The translations under genes and the position numbers were made by a program. The notes below the pieces were generated by a model. The model was not told where the DNA came from, ran no database searches, and saw nothing but the letters and a program-made list of their open reading frames with translations. A stretch of DNA of 64,000 bases, taken from assembly GCA_963812605.1 (NCBI GenBank), contig CAWEWF010000011.1:1-64000 (forward strand), read 5' to 3'. Within the stretch, counting starts at the first letter, position 1. Every line of letters starts with the position of its first letter. Positions 49,867 through 60,863 of this stretch are shown piece after piece. This stretch comes from an uncultured Verrucomicrobiae bacterium (GTDB lineage Bacteria; Verrucomicrobiota; Verrucomicrobiia; Palsa-1439).

Positions 49867-51312
49867 TTACTCGTAGACGTAACGGTTGAAGGTGCCGCGG
49901 GCCACGGTCGAGATCTTCACTTCCTCACCCCAGGCTGTCTCGACTTTGTCGTTCGCGGGTGCGGCGAGGATGTGTTTGCCGCCGCAGTTTACGACCGCGA
50001 CCGTGTAAGCACCTTCGGGACTGCCCACTTGCGGGTAGACCGTCGTGGAAACTTCCAGGACTCCCTGCGGCAGCCGGGGCTTGTGCGGCTCGTTGTTGTG
50101 CGGGAGCGGCTCGGGCTGCCAGCGGCGAAAATGATGGCGATAGCGGCGGTTGCCGACCTTGTCGAGCACCGTGACGGCGATGTTGTTGCCGGGTCCGCCG
50201 ATGCTGTGGCAGATGGCGACCTTCGCTTTTTTCACCTGCAACCCGGCCGGCGCTTCCCCGCGCAGTTGCCGGCAAGCTTCGATGATTTTGATCAAGCCAG
50301 TGCCGCCCAGCGCGTGCAGGTCTTTCAGTCCACCGGAGATGTTCGTCGGGATTGCGCCATCGCGTTCCAGCGTTCCTTTCTCGATCGCCTTGAGGGCTTC
50401 CGCATGCGTGAAGATGCCCAAGTCGACGAGGTTCAGCAAAAAGAGCGGCCCGAACGCATCATGCTGTTCGATGATCAGTCCGCTCAAGTCCTGTGGATGA
50501 AGAATACCTGCCTGCTTATAGGCTTTGCGCGCGGCCCAGCGCGTAGCTTCGAGGTGATCGATGTAGTAGCGGTCGAAAATGCGCGAGCCATCCACCGCAT
50601 GCCCGACGCCGGAAATCTCGATGTCGCTCTCCTTACTGGTGACCAGGATCGCGCCGGCGGCGTCGCTCGTGGGACAGGAATCGAACACGTGCAGCGGCGT
50701 CGCGACGGGAGGGTTCCGCACCGGGTCGCGATACTCGGCGGCCGTGATTCCCTTGCCGGAGAATTGCGCGTCCGGATTGGCCGCCGCGTAGCGATAGGCG
50801 CGAATGGCGATCTTTTCCAGCAAGGCCTTGAAGTCCGGCGACGATACCTTGTTGACCCGCGCGTATTCCAGCGAGATCAACGCGATTGCCGATGGCATGG
50901 TCAGCCCGCAAGCGCGATCGATCGGATCGACCACCTCGCCGATGATTCGCGAGCGCTCGTCGCGTAGCACGGCGCTCATCTTCTCGCCGCCGACGGCGAG
51001 CACGCGTTTGCACCGCCCGCTCGCGACGGCGTCGAACGCGCGCAATAGCGCGGTGTGGCCGTTGGAAGCGGTCTCGACGCGTTCGGCTTCCGCGCCGCGC
51101 AAACCGAGACGGTCGGCGACCTTGGTGGCGATATTGCCTTCGCCGGTGAAGGAAGAAATGTTCTGGACGGAGACGAAGACGCCGTCGATCCGGCTCGGGT
51201 CAACCTTGGAAAGAATCTTCTGGGCCGGCTCACAGAGGAGGTCAACCAGCGACAAATCCGTCTTCTTATACGCCTTGGTGCGTTCCGCCTGCTGGATATA
51301 GACCTTCATCAT
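49867..51312 (-). CDS. SCP-x-type thiolase-like protein with short C-terminal extension
   Basis: GGEKMS, CPTSDAAGA, HDAF, NISGGL..HALGGTG; no Cys at the usual ACASG position. Confidence 0.75.
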   Translation of the reverse strand: MMKVYIQQAERTKAYKKTDLSLVDLLCEPAQKILSKVDPSRIDGVFVSVQNISSFTGEGNIATKVADRLGLRGAEAERVETASNGHTALLRAFDAVASGRCKRVLAVGGEKMSAVLRDERSRIIGEVVDPIDRACGLTMPSAIALISLEYARVNKVSSPDFKALLEKIAIRAYRYAAANPDAQFSGKGITAAEYRDPVRNPPVATPLHVFDSCPTSDAAGAILVTSKESDIEISGVGHAVDGSRIFDRYYIDHLEATRWAARKAYKQAGILHPQDLSGLIIEQHDAFGPLFLLNLVDLGIFTHAEALKAIEKGTLERDGAIPTNISGGLKDLHALGGTGLIKIIEACRQLRGEAPAGLQVKKAKVAICHSIGGPGNNIAVTVLDKVGNRRYRHHFRRWQPEPLPHNNEPHKPRLPQGVLEVSTTVYPQVGSPEGAYTVAVVNCGGKHILAAPANDKVETAWGEEVKISTVARGTFNRYVYE

Positions 51313-51396
51313 CCCCCTTTCCCCAAAGCACCTCCAGTGCCGAACGTCCTCTCACTGGGCGAGATTCTACCCTCTTTTGCAAGCAGCCTGCAATAA

Positions 51397-51633
51397 AAAG
51401 GCTTAATGATCAGCATGGAACCGATCAAAGACAAACAGAAGACGCTCGCTGTCGCGGAAACCAAGGAAGTCCGGCGACTGTGCCGCGAAGCGGGTGTGTT
51501 GGTCGGCGCCGGCGGCACCTTCGCCAACGTCATCCGCCTCCAGCCACCCCTGACGCTGACCGCCGCCGAAGCCGACCGGGTTTGCGACGTGGTTAGCGAT
51601 GCGGTGAGCAAGGTGGCTGGCGCGATGGAGTAG
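51397..51633 (+). pseudogene. class III aminotransferase C-terminal fragment
   Basis: KGLMISME...GVLVGAGGTFANVIRLQPPL; no upstream part. Confidence 0.7.
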
Positions 51634-51656
51634 GACGCCGGTAGTAGCGACGGAAT

Positions 51657-52154
51657 ATGGATAACGCTCTATCCAACGACCAAATCCGAGCATGGATTGA
51701 CGATCTTGTTGCCAAACTTGGCATTAAGGAACAATGCGATTGGAAGGAGTACGACTCACTCCTACAACGTGGAAAAACTAAGGAATGCGTCGAGGGCATC
51801 GCATCGTATCTGGGGCTGCCCATCGCGATTGATTTCGCATACGTAGCGAACAACCCAAAGACTGGCGACAAAAACCGGTTCGAGAGCGACGGCTTGGTGA
51901 AAACCGACTGGAGAGGTCGTGGAGTCGATGGCATCACAGCACAGGTGTCGATACCGGAACGGCTGCCTTTATACGGCAGTTCAAGCCTTAAGAATTATCC
52001 AATCCGAGTAAGGGTCAGCAAGAACTGCGGTCAAAATCCCGATTCGTTCATTGCAGTGATGGCGCACGAGCTATCTCACATAGTGCTAGCTTCACTTTAC
52101 CACCCAGAAAAGGATAACTACATTAGCGTGCGAGCTTCGCGGTTCATCTCGTAG
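51657..52154 (+). CDS. hypothetical protein with HExxH motif, probably truncated
   Basis: VMAHELSH close to the end; lower GC. Confidence 0.55.
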   Translation: MDNALSNDQIRAWIDDLVAKLGIKEQCDWKEYDSLLQRGKTKECVEGIASYLGLPIAIDFAYVANNPKTGDKNRFESDGLVKTDWRGRGVDGITAQVSIPERLPLYGSSSLKNYPIRVRVSKNCGQNPDSFIAVMAHELSHIVLASLYHPEKDNYISVRASRFIS

Positions 52155-52791
52155 CATGTCCTCACGTATTCCGCCGGAACCGGGACGAGATTCCTTTGTG
52201 AAGTCTCCGCCACAAAGAGGAAGTTGATAGCTGGGCCTCGCGTCCCAATCATTAGCTTCCCGAGACGAACCCAAGCTGGCCAAAGAAGATTCCCCATCAC
52301 CGCGCGGCGCAATGCGTTGACGCATATGTGAGGACAATATCTCGAATGTGACAATCAACGAGTTCACCCATCAGGAAGAACTGTATGTAAAGTTGCGGCG
52401 ATAAGTTTGCCAGTTGCCTGCTGACGTTGTGTAACTGATTGATCATACTTGGCTGGTGTTTTTCAGTCAGGTGCGCGAGCAACTGTTCTGCCTGTAGTCG
52501 CCGGTGTGTTATTACTTCAGATTCGGAAACACAGCCGAGGTCGGTTGGGCAAACGTGGAATACTGCGCCTAGTTGCTCCAACAGCTCGATAAACTCCATG
52601 ATCTGACTTTCGCCAAGCCTACCCCCCTTGACTTCCTTCCTGCCGTATCCCCACTTGTGCTTCAGTGCGATAAAGCGCTGCTCAAAATCAGAATGAAGTT
52701 CTTCCGCAATGGTCAGAGCACCGACGCAGCTAATACTGTGTTGGCCAAGTTGAGGAACAAAGACTCCGGATTCGTCGATATAAACAACCAT
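52118..52791 (-). pseudogene. DUF3800-like gene with probable internal deletion
   Basis: VYIDESG and EVKG N-terminus joined out of frame near 52320 to NALRRAVMGNL...W..LGKLMI. Confidence 0.6.
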
Positions 52792-53035
52792 GCAGAATTC
52801 CCCATTACGCGGAGTATGCCAACGCATTCCGGCAGGGACAAGCCTGACGATATTTCAGCCGGTAAGACAAGCAGGCCGGGCGGGCGAGAGTTTTATGGCG
52901 TTACCGGAGAGGAAAGAATCGTAAACGACAGAGATCCTTCGACAAGCTCAGGATGACAACCGGGGGAGAAGGCAACGTTACCGGGCGGCGGCTGGGCCAG
53001 CCGTCCTTACCAACGACCTCGGCGATCTTTGCGTC

Positions 53036-54350
53036 TCAGCTCTTCTCGATAATCGTAAAGACCTCATCCAGCGTCTTGATGATGAAATCGCTGTCGGCAT
53101 TCGTGATGCAGAAGCGGGGGTTTGATGCGGATGGTGTTGGCGGCCATGCCGCCGCGACCGATGAGCAGACCCCGGTCTTTGCACAATTCCATCGCGCGCT
53201 GGACGTGTTGCGGCGCGACTTCCTTCGATTCCTTGTCCTTCACGATCTCCAGGCCGCGCATGAGACCCTTGCCGCGATGTTCGCCGACGATCTTGTGGTC
53301 GCGAACCAGCTTGTCGAAGCCGGCGGCCAGACGGTCACCCTGGACCTTGGCGTTGTGCATATAATTGTTGCGCTCGATGCATTCGACGACCGCGAGACCA
53401 GCGGCCATCGAGACGGGATTGCCGCCGTAGGTATTGAAGTGGACCTTCTCGCGCATGGACTCGGCGATTTCCTTCGTGCAGGTCACGCCGCCGAGCGGGA
53501 TGCCATTGCCCATGCCCTTGGCCATCGTGATCATGTCGGGCTTCACGCCCCATTGCTCGATGCCCCACCATTTGTCACCCGTGCGCCCGAAGCCCGTCTG
53601 TACTTCATCGGAGATGAACACGCCGCCGTATTTCTTCACGATGTCGTAGGTGATTTCGAAATATTCCTTCGGCGGATCGATCACGCCGCCAAATCCCTGG
53701 ATCGGTTCCGCGATGAACGCGGCGATCTTGCCGGACGTGTTGTACTTGATGACGTCCTCGAGTTCGCGCGCGCAAGCGACGTTGCAGGAGGGATACTTCA
53801 GGCCGAACGGGCAGCGGTAACAGTAGCCCGGCGAAATGTGGGTGACCCCAAAGACGTACGGCAAGGAGTGCCGCCATTTCGACTGGCCCGTCATCGTCAT
53901 CGCCATCAGCGTGCGCCCGTGGAAACTGTGGCGCAGGGCGATGAATTCCGTTTGCTTGGTGTAATTCTTCGCGAGCAGCGCGGCCAGTTCGTTCGCCTCG
54001 CAGCCGCTGTTCGTGAAGAAGCTGACCTTCAATCCGCCGGGCATGACCGTCGCCAGTTTTTCGGCGTAGCGGACCAAATTCGGGTGATAATACAATGTGG
54101 TCATGTGCTGCAGATTTTTCATCTGCTCGATGGTCGGGTTGGTCACTTCGGGATGGCAATGGCCGACGCTGATCGTGACCACCGCGGAAAATCCGTCGAG
54201 ATACTTGTTGCCCTTGTCGTCATAGACGAACTGCATGTCGCCCTTCACGATGTTCATCGGAAAATACTTCATCGTGCTGGGCAGGATGTACTCGTCGCGC
54301 ATCTGCCCGATCTGGTCGGGCGTCAAAGTTTCGGTTGGTTTCATGTGCAT
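53036..54350 (-). CDS. class III aminotransferase, beta-alanine/AGXT2-like (apparent frameshift near 53112)
   Basis: FTNSGCEANE, FHGRT, AEPIQG, DEVQTGFGRTG, MAKG; C-terminus CITNADSDFIIKTLDEVF in a shifted frame. Confidence 0.9.
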
Positions 54351-54509
54351 GGGGATTACCTCATAATCAAGATTTAGGTATTGCTACGAGCATACACCGC
54401 AAGCCTATTTTTTTACCAGAGATTTTTCTCCGGGCGCTGCAAGTCATCGTTTACGGCTGAAATTGCCTAACCAGTTGACGTCGCCGCCAAGATTGGAGAT
54501 ACTACAAAC

Positions 54510-54692
54510 ATGAGCGGGCCCAGCGTGAAGCGTGAATTGAAAAGCATCGCGGCGCAACTGCCTGATTCGGCTACGTATTCCGACGCGATGTATGAGCTTT
54601 ACGTGCGAATGAAGATCGCGGCCGGTCGAAAGGCCGCCACTGAAGGGCGTATCATCTCGCATGCTGCCGTGAAACGCCGCTTTGCCAAGTGA
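54510..54692 (+). CDS. antitoxin
   Basis: LPDSATYSDAMYELYV...GRIISHAAVKRRF; overlaps toxin. Confidence 0.8.
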   Translation: MSGPSVKRELKSIAAQLPDSATYSDAMYELYVRMKIAAGRKAATEGRIISHAAVKRRFAK

Positions 54693-54979
54693 TGAAGGTC
54701 GTCTGGACCGCTCCGGCCGTTTCTGATTTGGACGCAATTCGTGGCTACATCGCCCGTGACTCCAAAGTTTACTCCGACACGATGGTGGTGGAGATCTTCG
54801 AAGCGGTGGATCGTCTGATGAAATTTCCCCGGTCAGGCCGCATCGTGCCCGAAGAGAGCGACCCCAACACCCGCGAAGTAATCGTGGGTAACTATCGTGT
54901 GATCTATGAGATCAGCGGCGCGACAGTGCGCATATTGACAGTTCTTCACAGCGCCCGGCTCTACCGGAAACCGTCCTGA
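54689..54979 (+). CDS. RelE/ParE-family toxin
   Basis: VVWTAPAVSDL, FPRSGRIVPE, YRVIY, VLHSAR. Confidence 0.9.
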   Translation: MMKVVWTAPAVSDLDAIRGYIARDSKVYSDTMVVEIFEAVDRLMKFPRSGRIVPEESDPNTREVIVGNYRVIYEISGATVRILTVLHSARLYRKPS

Positions 54980-55095
54980 CCGCTTGCGCGAAGCCGGTGG
55001 CTGCGGCGACGTGGCCCATCTCAGCGAACCACATCTTCGCCATGCCCAGAAAGCACTCTTTGTCGCAGGGAGTTGACGTGTATAGCGCAATTTGG

Positions 55096-55431
55096 TTAGA
55101 GCACCATCGAATAATTGTCGATGTATTTGTCTATATCTTGTCGCCCCAAATAGCACTTTCCAGCGCGTTCAAAAACGTTGAATTGGTCCTGCCCGCCGGA
55201 CGATTTGCTGAGTAAATTTCGGTGCGTGTCAATGAAGCTTCTTGGGAGACAGACTGCCTTTATGTTGTCGTCGTCATATCCACACAGCAGCACAGCGCCT
55301 TGGAACTCTCCCTCAGGCAAGCCGAGCCACCATTTCCGTCCATCCGCCATTTTCCTTCCGGTACTATACGTGATCCCTACGCGCTCTCCTTTACTGTTTT
55401 GGTAAATCGTCCCGCGAATGTGAGTCAACAT
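55096..55431 (-). CDS. hypothetical protein
   Basis: 111-aa lower-GC ORF; start uncertain. Confidence 0.5.
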   Translation of the reverse strand: MLTHIRGTIYQNSKGERVGITYSTGRKMADGRKWWLGLPEGEFQGAVLLCGYDDDNIKAVCLPRSFIDTHRNLLSKSSGGQDQFNVFERAGKCYLGRQDIDKYIDNYSMVL

Positions 55432-55461
55432 CCCTCCGTGGTCAGCGAGCTTCCCGGCAGT

Positions 55462-56988
55462 TCACACCGCTGCTTGCGGCTTGCGCACGAGGGTCATCCA
55501 GGCCCAGTACACAACGAATGAAATGGAGAAGCCGACGAACCACGCGTAGCTGTACAGGTGCATCAGGAATGGCCCGACGGTTGCAGGGTCCACCAGCTTG
55601 ATGGTGCCGAGGAAGCCGGGCACATTCGGGGCGATCCCGAGCACCAGTGCCACGATGGCCGCGGGGTTGAATCCGCTGCCGTAAAAATACCGGCCGTCGC
55701 GCAAATAAAGTTGAACCGGATTCAACCGCGTCTGCCGGATCACGAAGTAGTCGCAGATCAGAATCCCGCCGATGGGCCCGAGCAGGGCCGAGTAACCAAC
55801 CAGCCACGTGAAGATGTAACCGCTCGGGTCGGCCACCAGTTTCCATGGTTGGATCAGGATGCCGATGATGCCGGTGATCAGACCGCCGATGCGGAAAGTG
55901 ATCCTGGACGGCCAGAGGTTCGAAAAGTCATTGGCCGGGCTGACAACATTTGCGGCGAGATTGGTGGCCAGCGTCGCGAGGCACAAGGCAAACAACGAAA
56001 TACCGAGCACGGCTGGGCTCTTGAATTTGGTAATGAGCACCACGGGATCCCAGATCGCGGAACCATAGATCACGATCGTCGCGGACGTTACGGCCACACC
56101 GATGAACGAGTACAACGCCATGGTGGTTGGCAAACCAACCGCCTGGCCGATGACCTGATCACGTTGCGTGCGCGAGTAGCGGGTAAAGTCGGGGATGTTC
56201 AGGGAAAGCGTGGCCCAATAACCGATCATGCCGGTCAGTGCCGGGAAAAATATCAGCCAGAATTGCCCCGCTTTCGGGCCGCCCGGCACAAAGGCCGACG
56301 GTTGCGAGAGCATCGGCCCGAAACCGTTGGCGGCGCGATAGGCCCAGGCGAGCAGGGCCAACCCGAGGAGGATAAGCAGCGGCGCTTTAATATCGAGGAG
56401 GATGCGGATCGACTCGATACCCTTGTAAATGACGAGCATGTTGATCCCCCAGAAAAACATGAAGCAGGCAAACTGCGCGATGTTGATGCCGCCCCACCAG
56501 CTCGGCAGGGAATTCCACGCGGGCACGTAGATGGTAATGATCTTGTAAATCGCCCAACCGCCAATCCACGTCTGGATGCCGAACCAGCCGCAGGCGACAA
56601 ACGCGCGCAACAGCGCGGGGATGTTCGCGCCGCGAATGCCGAAGGATGCGCGGCAATAAACGGGGAAGGGGATGCCGTATTTCGTGCCGGCATGCGCGTT
56701 GAGAATCATCGGCACCAGCACGATGGCGTTGCCAAAGAAAATCGTAAACACGGCCTGATACCAATTCATGCCCTCGGAGATCAGCGATGAGGCGAGCATG
56801 TAGGTCGGGATGCAGGCCGACATGGAAATCCACAACGCCGCGATGTCTTTCATGCCCCACTTGCGGTCTTTCACCAGCGTCGGGGCGATGTCCTCGTTCC
56901 AGTACGGCGAATGCGAGATATTGTCCGTGACCTCGTGGATGCCGTTGGTAACGCGGACGCCTTCGAGTTCCTGGATGGGCACGTTCAT
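55462..56988 (-). CDS. NCS1 nucleobase:cation symporter
   Basis: Many TM segments; GTKYGIPFPV, ACGWFGIQ, LSLNIPDFTR, AANVVSPA. Confidence 0.93.
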   Translation of the reverse strand: MNVPIQELEGVRVTNGIHEVTDNISHSPYWNEDIAPTLVKDRKWGMKDIAALWISMSACIPTYMLASSLISEGMNWYQAVFTIFFGNAIVLVPMILNAHAGTKYGIPFPVYCRASFGIRGANIPALLRAFVACGWFGIQTWIGGWAIYKIITIYVPAWNSLPSWWGGINIAQFACFMFFWGINMLVIYKGIESIRILLDIKAPLLILLGLALLAWAYRAANGFGPMLSQPSAFVPGGPKAGQFWLIFFPALTGMIGYWATLSLNIPDFTRYSRTQRDQVIGQAVGLPTTMALYSFIGVAVTSATIVIYGSAIWDPVVLITKFKSPAVLGISLFALCLATLATNLAANVVSPANDFSNLWPSRITFRIGGLITGIIGILIQPWKLVADPSGYIFTWLVGYSALLGPIGGILICDYFVIRQTRLNPVQLYLRDGRYFYGSGFNPAAIVALVLGIAPNVPGFLGTIKLVDPATVGPFLMHLYSYAWFVGFSISFVVYWAWMTLVRKPQAAV

Positions 56989-56992
56989 CGGG

Positions 56993-57868
56993 CTACGGGA
57001 GCAATTCGGACATTTCCTTGTAGGTCTCAGGACGGCGGTCGCGATAAAACTGCCAGACGTTGCGCACTTCGCGGATCACGTCGAGGTTCAGGTCGGCGAC
57101 GATGATGGCGTCCTTTTCGCGCGGGCCTTCGGCGATGATTTTGCCGCGCGGATTGGCGAAATAGCTTTGCCCGTAAAATTCGCCGAAGTCCCAGGGCTTC
57201 TCCGTCCCGACGCGATTGATCGCGCCCACGTAAAAGATATTCGCCACCGCCGCCGCGGGTTGTTCGAGTTTCCACAAGTATTCGCTCAAGCCCGCCACCG
57301 TGGCGCTGGGATTGAAAACGATCTCGGCGCCGTTGAGGCCGAGCAGCCGCCAGCCTTCGGGGAAATGGCGGTCGTAACAAATATAAACGCCAATCTTGCC
57401 GACCGCCGTCTCGAACACAGGATAGCCGAGGTTGCCGGGCTTGAAATAAAACTTCTCCCAGAAGCCGGGCTGGCAGTGGGGGATGTGGTTCTTGCGATAC
57501 TTGCCGAGATATTTGCCATCGGCATCGATAACCGCCGCCGTGTTGTAGTACGTGCCGGTGGCTTCCTCTTCGTACACGGGAACGATGAGCACCATCCCGT
57601 GTTTCTTTGCCAGCCGCTGCATCAACTTGATGGTCGGACCGTCCGGCACGCGCTCGGTTGACTCGTACCACTTGATCTCCTGTTCGCAACAGAAATACGG
57701 GCCGTAAAAAATCTCCTGCATGCAGAGCACTTGCACGCCCTTTTTCGCCGCCTGCTCGATCAGCTTCACGTGCTTCTCGATCATCGCCTGCTTGATCTTC
57801 TTGACGGACGACGCGCCTGACTCCGGGTTGGTCGCTTGAATCAGTCCGCCGCGTACGATGCGTGCCAT
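56993..57868 (-). CDS. beta-ureidopropionase (nitrilase superfamily)
   Basis: QEIF, YRKNHIP, FWEKFYF, ICYDRHFPE. Confidence 0.9.
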   Translation of the reverse strand: MARIVRGGLIQATNPESGASSVKKIKQAMIEKHVKLIEQAAKKGVQVLCMQEIFYGPYFCCEQEIKWYESTERVPDGPTIKLMQRLAKKHGMVLIVPVYEEEATGTYYNTAAVIDADGKYLGKYRKNHIPHCQPGFWEKFYFKPGNLGYPVFETAVGKIGVYICYDRHFPEGWRLLGLNGAEIVFNPSATVAGLSEYLWKLEQPAAAVANIFYVGAINRVGTEKPWDFGEFYGQSYFANPRGKIIAEGPREKDAIIVADLNLDVIREVRNVWQFYRDRRPETYKEMSELLP

Positions 57869-57880
57869 GTTGCGCTCTCC

Positions 57881-59416
57881 TCAATAAATGTTTGTTTGAC
57901 GCTTTACCCCCGTGTAGTCGTAGAACACGGTCTTCAGTTGCGTGAAGAAATTCAGCCCTTCATCGCTCATTTCGCGGCTGCCGTAGCCGGTCGCCTTGAA
58001 TCCGCCGAACGGCAATTGTGCTTCGCCGCCAACGGTCGGCGAGTTGATGTGTACCATGCCGGCTTCGATCCGGTCCGTGAACCGCATCACAAGATTTGCG
58101 TCGCCGGTGTAAATCGCACAGGTCAGGCCGAACTGCACGTTATTGGCGACGGCCATGGCTTCCTCGAAATCGCCCACGCGAAAGACGGCCAGCACCGGGC
58201 CGAAGACTTCCTCCTGCGCCAGCGTGTGCTCGGGCTTCACGTTGTCGAACACGGTCGGCGCTACGAAATAGCCCTTCCCGAGTTTTCCGTCGGTAAGCGC
58301 GTTACCGCCGATCAAGCACTTGTTGCCCTCTTTTTTGGCGATCTCGATATACCGCAGGTCGGTTTCGTACTGCGCCTTGTCAACTGCCGGGCCCATGTGG
58401 ACGCCGTCTTCCGTGCCGTCACCCACCTTGATCTTCTTGACGCGCTCGATCAGTTTTTCGAGAAACTTGTCCGCAATCGCCTTGTGCAGAACCAGGCGGC
58501 TGGTCGCGGTGCAGCGCTGACCGGTCGAACCGAAAGCGCCTTGCGCGCAGCCTTCGACGGCGAGGTCGATATCGGCGTCGTCCATCACCACCAACGGGTT
58601 TTTGCCGCCCATTTCGCATGTGACCTTTGCCAAATGCGCGGCGGCCTGCTTGGCGACCTGTCCGCCGGTTTCACAGGAACCGGTAAACGAGACCGCGCGA
58701 ACGGTCTTGTTGTTCACGAACTCATCGCCGACGGTGCCGCCGCCGCCGTAGACGAGATTCAGCGCGCCTTTGGGCAGGCCGGCATCTTCATAAATTTTTG
58801 CGAGCAATTCCGCGCAGCCGGGGGTATTGCTCGCGGCCTTGAAGACCACCGTATTGCCGGCGACCAGCGCGGGCGCCGTTTTCCACACGGGAATGCAGAA
58901 AGGAAAATTCCAGGGCGTGACGCAGCTCACCACGCCGAGCGGCTGGCGAATCGTGTACACGAACGTGCTGGGCACCTCGCTCGGCGAGGTCCGACCCTCG
59001 ATGCGAAAGGACTGGCCCGCATAATACTCGAGCAGGTTGATGCCTTTCTGGACTTCGCCGCGCGATTCGCTGAGGGTCTTGCCTTCCTCGCGCGTCATCG
59101 TGCGGGCGATTTCCTCTTTGCGCTCGTAAGTAAGTTGCACGGCCCTGGCGAGGATGCGACCGCGGGCGGGCGCGGGCGTATTGCGCCATGCTGGAAACGC
59201 GGCCTGGGCGGCGGCGATGCCTGCCTGCGCTTCTTCGCGGGTCGACTGCGGCGCGTGGCCGATGATGTCGTCGGTGTTGGCGGGATTGATGTTGGGTGTG
59301 GACTTACCCGAGGACGAATCCACCCACTGTCCGTTGATGAAATTCTTGTAGCGGCGCGACTCAGCGGCGGGTTTTGCGGCGCTTTGCGGTTTGTCGGCGA
59401 GTGCTTGTGGCGGCAT
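57881..59416 (-). CDS. aldehyde dehydrogenase (non-acylating type)
   Basis: TPWNFP, FTGS, CEMGGKN, GQRCTA, EEVFGP. Confidence 0.92.
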   Translation of the reverse strand: MPPQALADKPQSAAKPAAESRRYKNFINGQWVDSSSGKSTPNINPANTDDIIGHAPQSTREEAQAGIAAAQAAFPAWRNTPAPARGRILARAVQLTYERKEEIARTMTREEGKTLSESRGEVQKGINLLEYYAGQSFRIEGRTSPSEVPSTFVYTIRQPLGVVSCVTPWNFPFCIPVWKTAPALVAGNTVVFKAASNTPGCAELLAKIYEDAGLPKGALNLVYGGGGTVGDEFVNNKTVRAVSFTGSCETGGQVAKQAAAHLAKVTCEMGGKNPLVVMDDADIDLAVEGCAQGAFGSTGQRCTATSRLVLHKAIADKFLEKLIERVKKIKVGDGTEDGVHMGPAVDKAQYETDLRYIEIAKKEGNKCLIGGNALTDGKLGKGYFVAPTVFDNVKPEHTLAQEEVFGPVLAVFRVGDFEEAMAVANNVQFGLTCAIYTGDANLVMRFTDRIEAGMVHINSPTVGGEAQLPFGGFKATGYGSREMSDEGLNFFTQLKTVFYDYTGVKRQTNIY

Positions 59417-60320
59417 GTTTGGAACTCCTCTTCTGGCTCCCTAAAATCTCGTTTGTCAGTTTCTCAACCGCGTCGTGCGGGTCAAGTTTTCTCTTGGCGA
59501 CATCGGTCAGAACGGTTTGCGCCCGTGGCCCTTCTAGCGCACGAAGTATAGTGGCCGTCAGGCGCGATTGCAATAGTCGAGTCACCTCCGCGCGCACGGC
59601 CCGCGCGCGCCTTTTTGCCAATTCACCCGAATGCACAAGATAGGCGTGGTGGACGTCCATCGCCCCGCAAAGGGTTGGGATGCCTTCGCCGCTCTTGGCC
59701 GACGTGTGAATCGTTGGACGCTCCCATTTGATCGCGCTGTATCGGGGGCCGGCTGCGGGGGCGCGGGCATTGAACAAATCCACCTTGTTAACCACCAAAA
59801 TGTCCGCGATCTCCATCAAACCGGACTTCGCCCGCTGGATCTCATCGCCCAATTCGGGCATGAGCACCACGACGACCGTGTCCGCAACTTCCGCAACTTC
59901 CACTTCATCCTGCCCCGTGCCCACTGTTTCCACGATCACGATGTCGAACCCCGCGGCGTCCAGCGCATGGATGATCTGCGGTGTCGAATCGGTCACCCCG
60001 CCGTGATGGTGGCGCGTCGCCAGGCTGCGGATGAACACCCCCTCGTCCTCGCTGTGCCGTTGCATTCGCAGCCGGTCCCCCAGCAGCGCGCCGCCCGAGA
60101 TCGGACTCGTCGGATCGATCGCAATCACGCCGACGGTCTTGTGTTGGCGGCGCAAATTGTCGATGAGCCGGTCGATCAGCGAACTTTTCCCCACGCCGGG
60201 CGGTCCGGTGACGCCGAGAATGCGCGCCTTGCCCGTGCGCCGGTAAAGTTCCGTCGGCAACGGCTCGCCGCTATCGAGGCGGGTGATCAACTTGGTGAGT
60301 TCTTTGCCGTGCATGATCAT
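59361..60320 (-). CDS. meaB: methylmalonyl-CoA mutase-associated GTPase
   Basis: GPPGVGKS, DPTSP.SGGALLGDRLRM, ETVG.GQ.E, NKVD. Confidence 0.92.
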   Translation of the reverse strand: MIMHGKELTKLITRLDSGEPLPTELYRRTGKARILGVTGPPGVGKSSLIDRLIDNLRRQHKTVGVIAIDPTSPISGGALLGDRLRMQRHSEDEGVFIRSLATRHHHGGVTDSTPQIIHALDAAGFDIVIVETVGTGQDEVEVAEVADTVVVVLMPELGDEIQRAKSGLMEIADILVVNKVDLFNARAPAAGPRYSAIKWERPTIHTSAKSGEGIPTLCGAMDVHHAYLVHSGELAKRRARAVRAEVTRLLQSRLTATILRALEGPRAQTVLTDVAKRKLDPHDAVEKLTNEILGSQKRSSKHAATSTRRQTAKRRKTRR

Positions 60321-60709
60321 CGCCGGCTGCTCTGGATGAACTCCACGATGCTGCCAATGGAACTGCCCGGGCCGAAGACTTCCTTGATGCCCAGCTTCTT
60401 CAATTTTTTCACGTCATCGTCGGGAATGATGCCGCCGGCAAATACCAACAGGCCCTTGACCTTTTCTTTTTTCAGCAATTCCATCACGCGCTTGAACTGC
60501 GCCATGTGGCCGCCCGAAAGCGAACTCAAGCCGATGACGTCCACATCTTCCTGTAGCGCGGCGGCGACGATCTGCTCGGGTGTGTTGCGAATGCCAGTGT
60601 ACACGACTTCCATCCCCGCATCGCGCAGCCCCATGGCCACGACGAGCGCGCCGCGCTCATGGCCATCAAGACCCGCTTTGGCAATCAAAACTTTAATGGG
60701 TCGGTTCAT
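60317..60709 (-). CDS. acyl-CoA mutase cobalamin-binding subunit
   Basis: KAGLDGHERG, GLSSLSGGH, GGIIP. Confidence 0.92.
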   Translation of the reverse strand: MNRPIKVLIAKAGLDGHERGALVVAMGLRDAGMEVVYTGIRNTPEQIVAAALQEDVDVIGLSSLSGGHMAQFKRVMELLKKEKVKGLLVFAGGIIPDDDVKKLKKLGIKEVFGPGSSIGSIVEFIQSSRR

Positions 60710-60714
60710 AGTGG

Positions 60715-60860
60715 AAAATCCGAATTTCGAAATCCGAAACAAACTCGAATGACCGAAATCGGAAAACTCAAAAGGGGGCCGCCGGAACGATTTCCGCAAT
60801 TGCATTCTTCGAATTTCGGATTTGTTTCGTGCTTCGAATTTCGGGATTCGGATTTGAGAT
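60715..60860. repeat. heptamer-based inverted repeat element
   Basis: AAATCCGAATTTCGAAATCCGAAAC...TTCGAATTTCGGGATTCGGATTT. Confidence 0.75.
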
Positions 60861-60863
60861 TTG

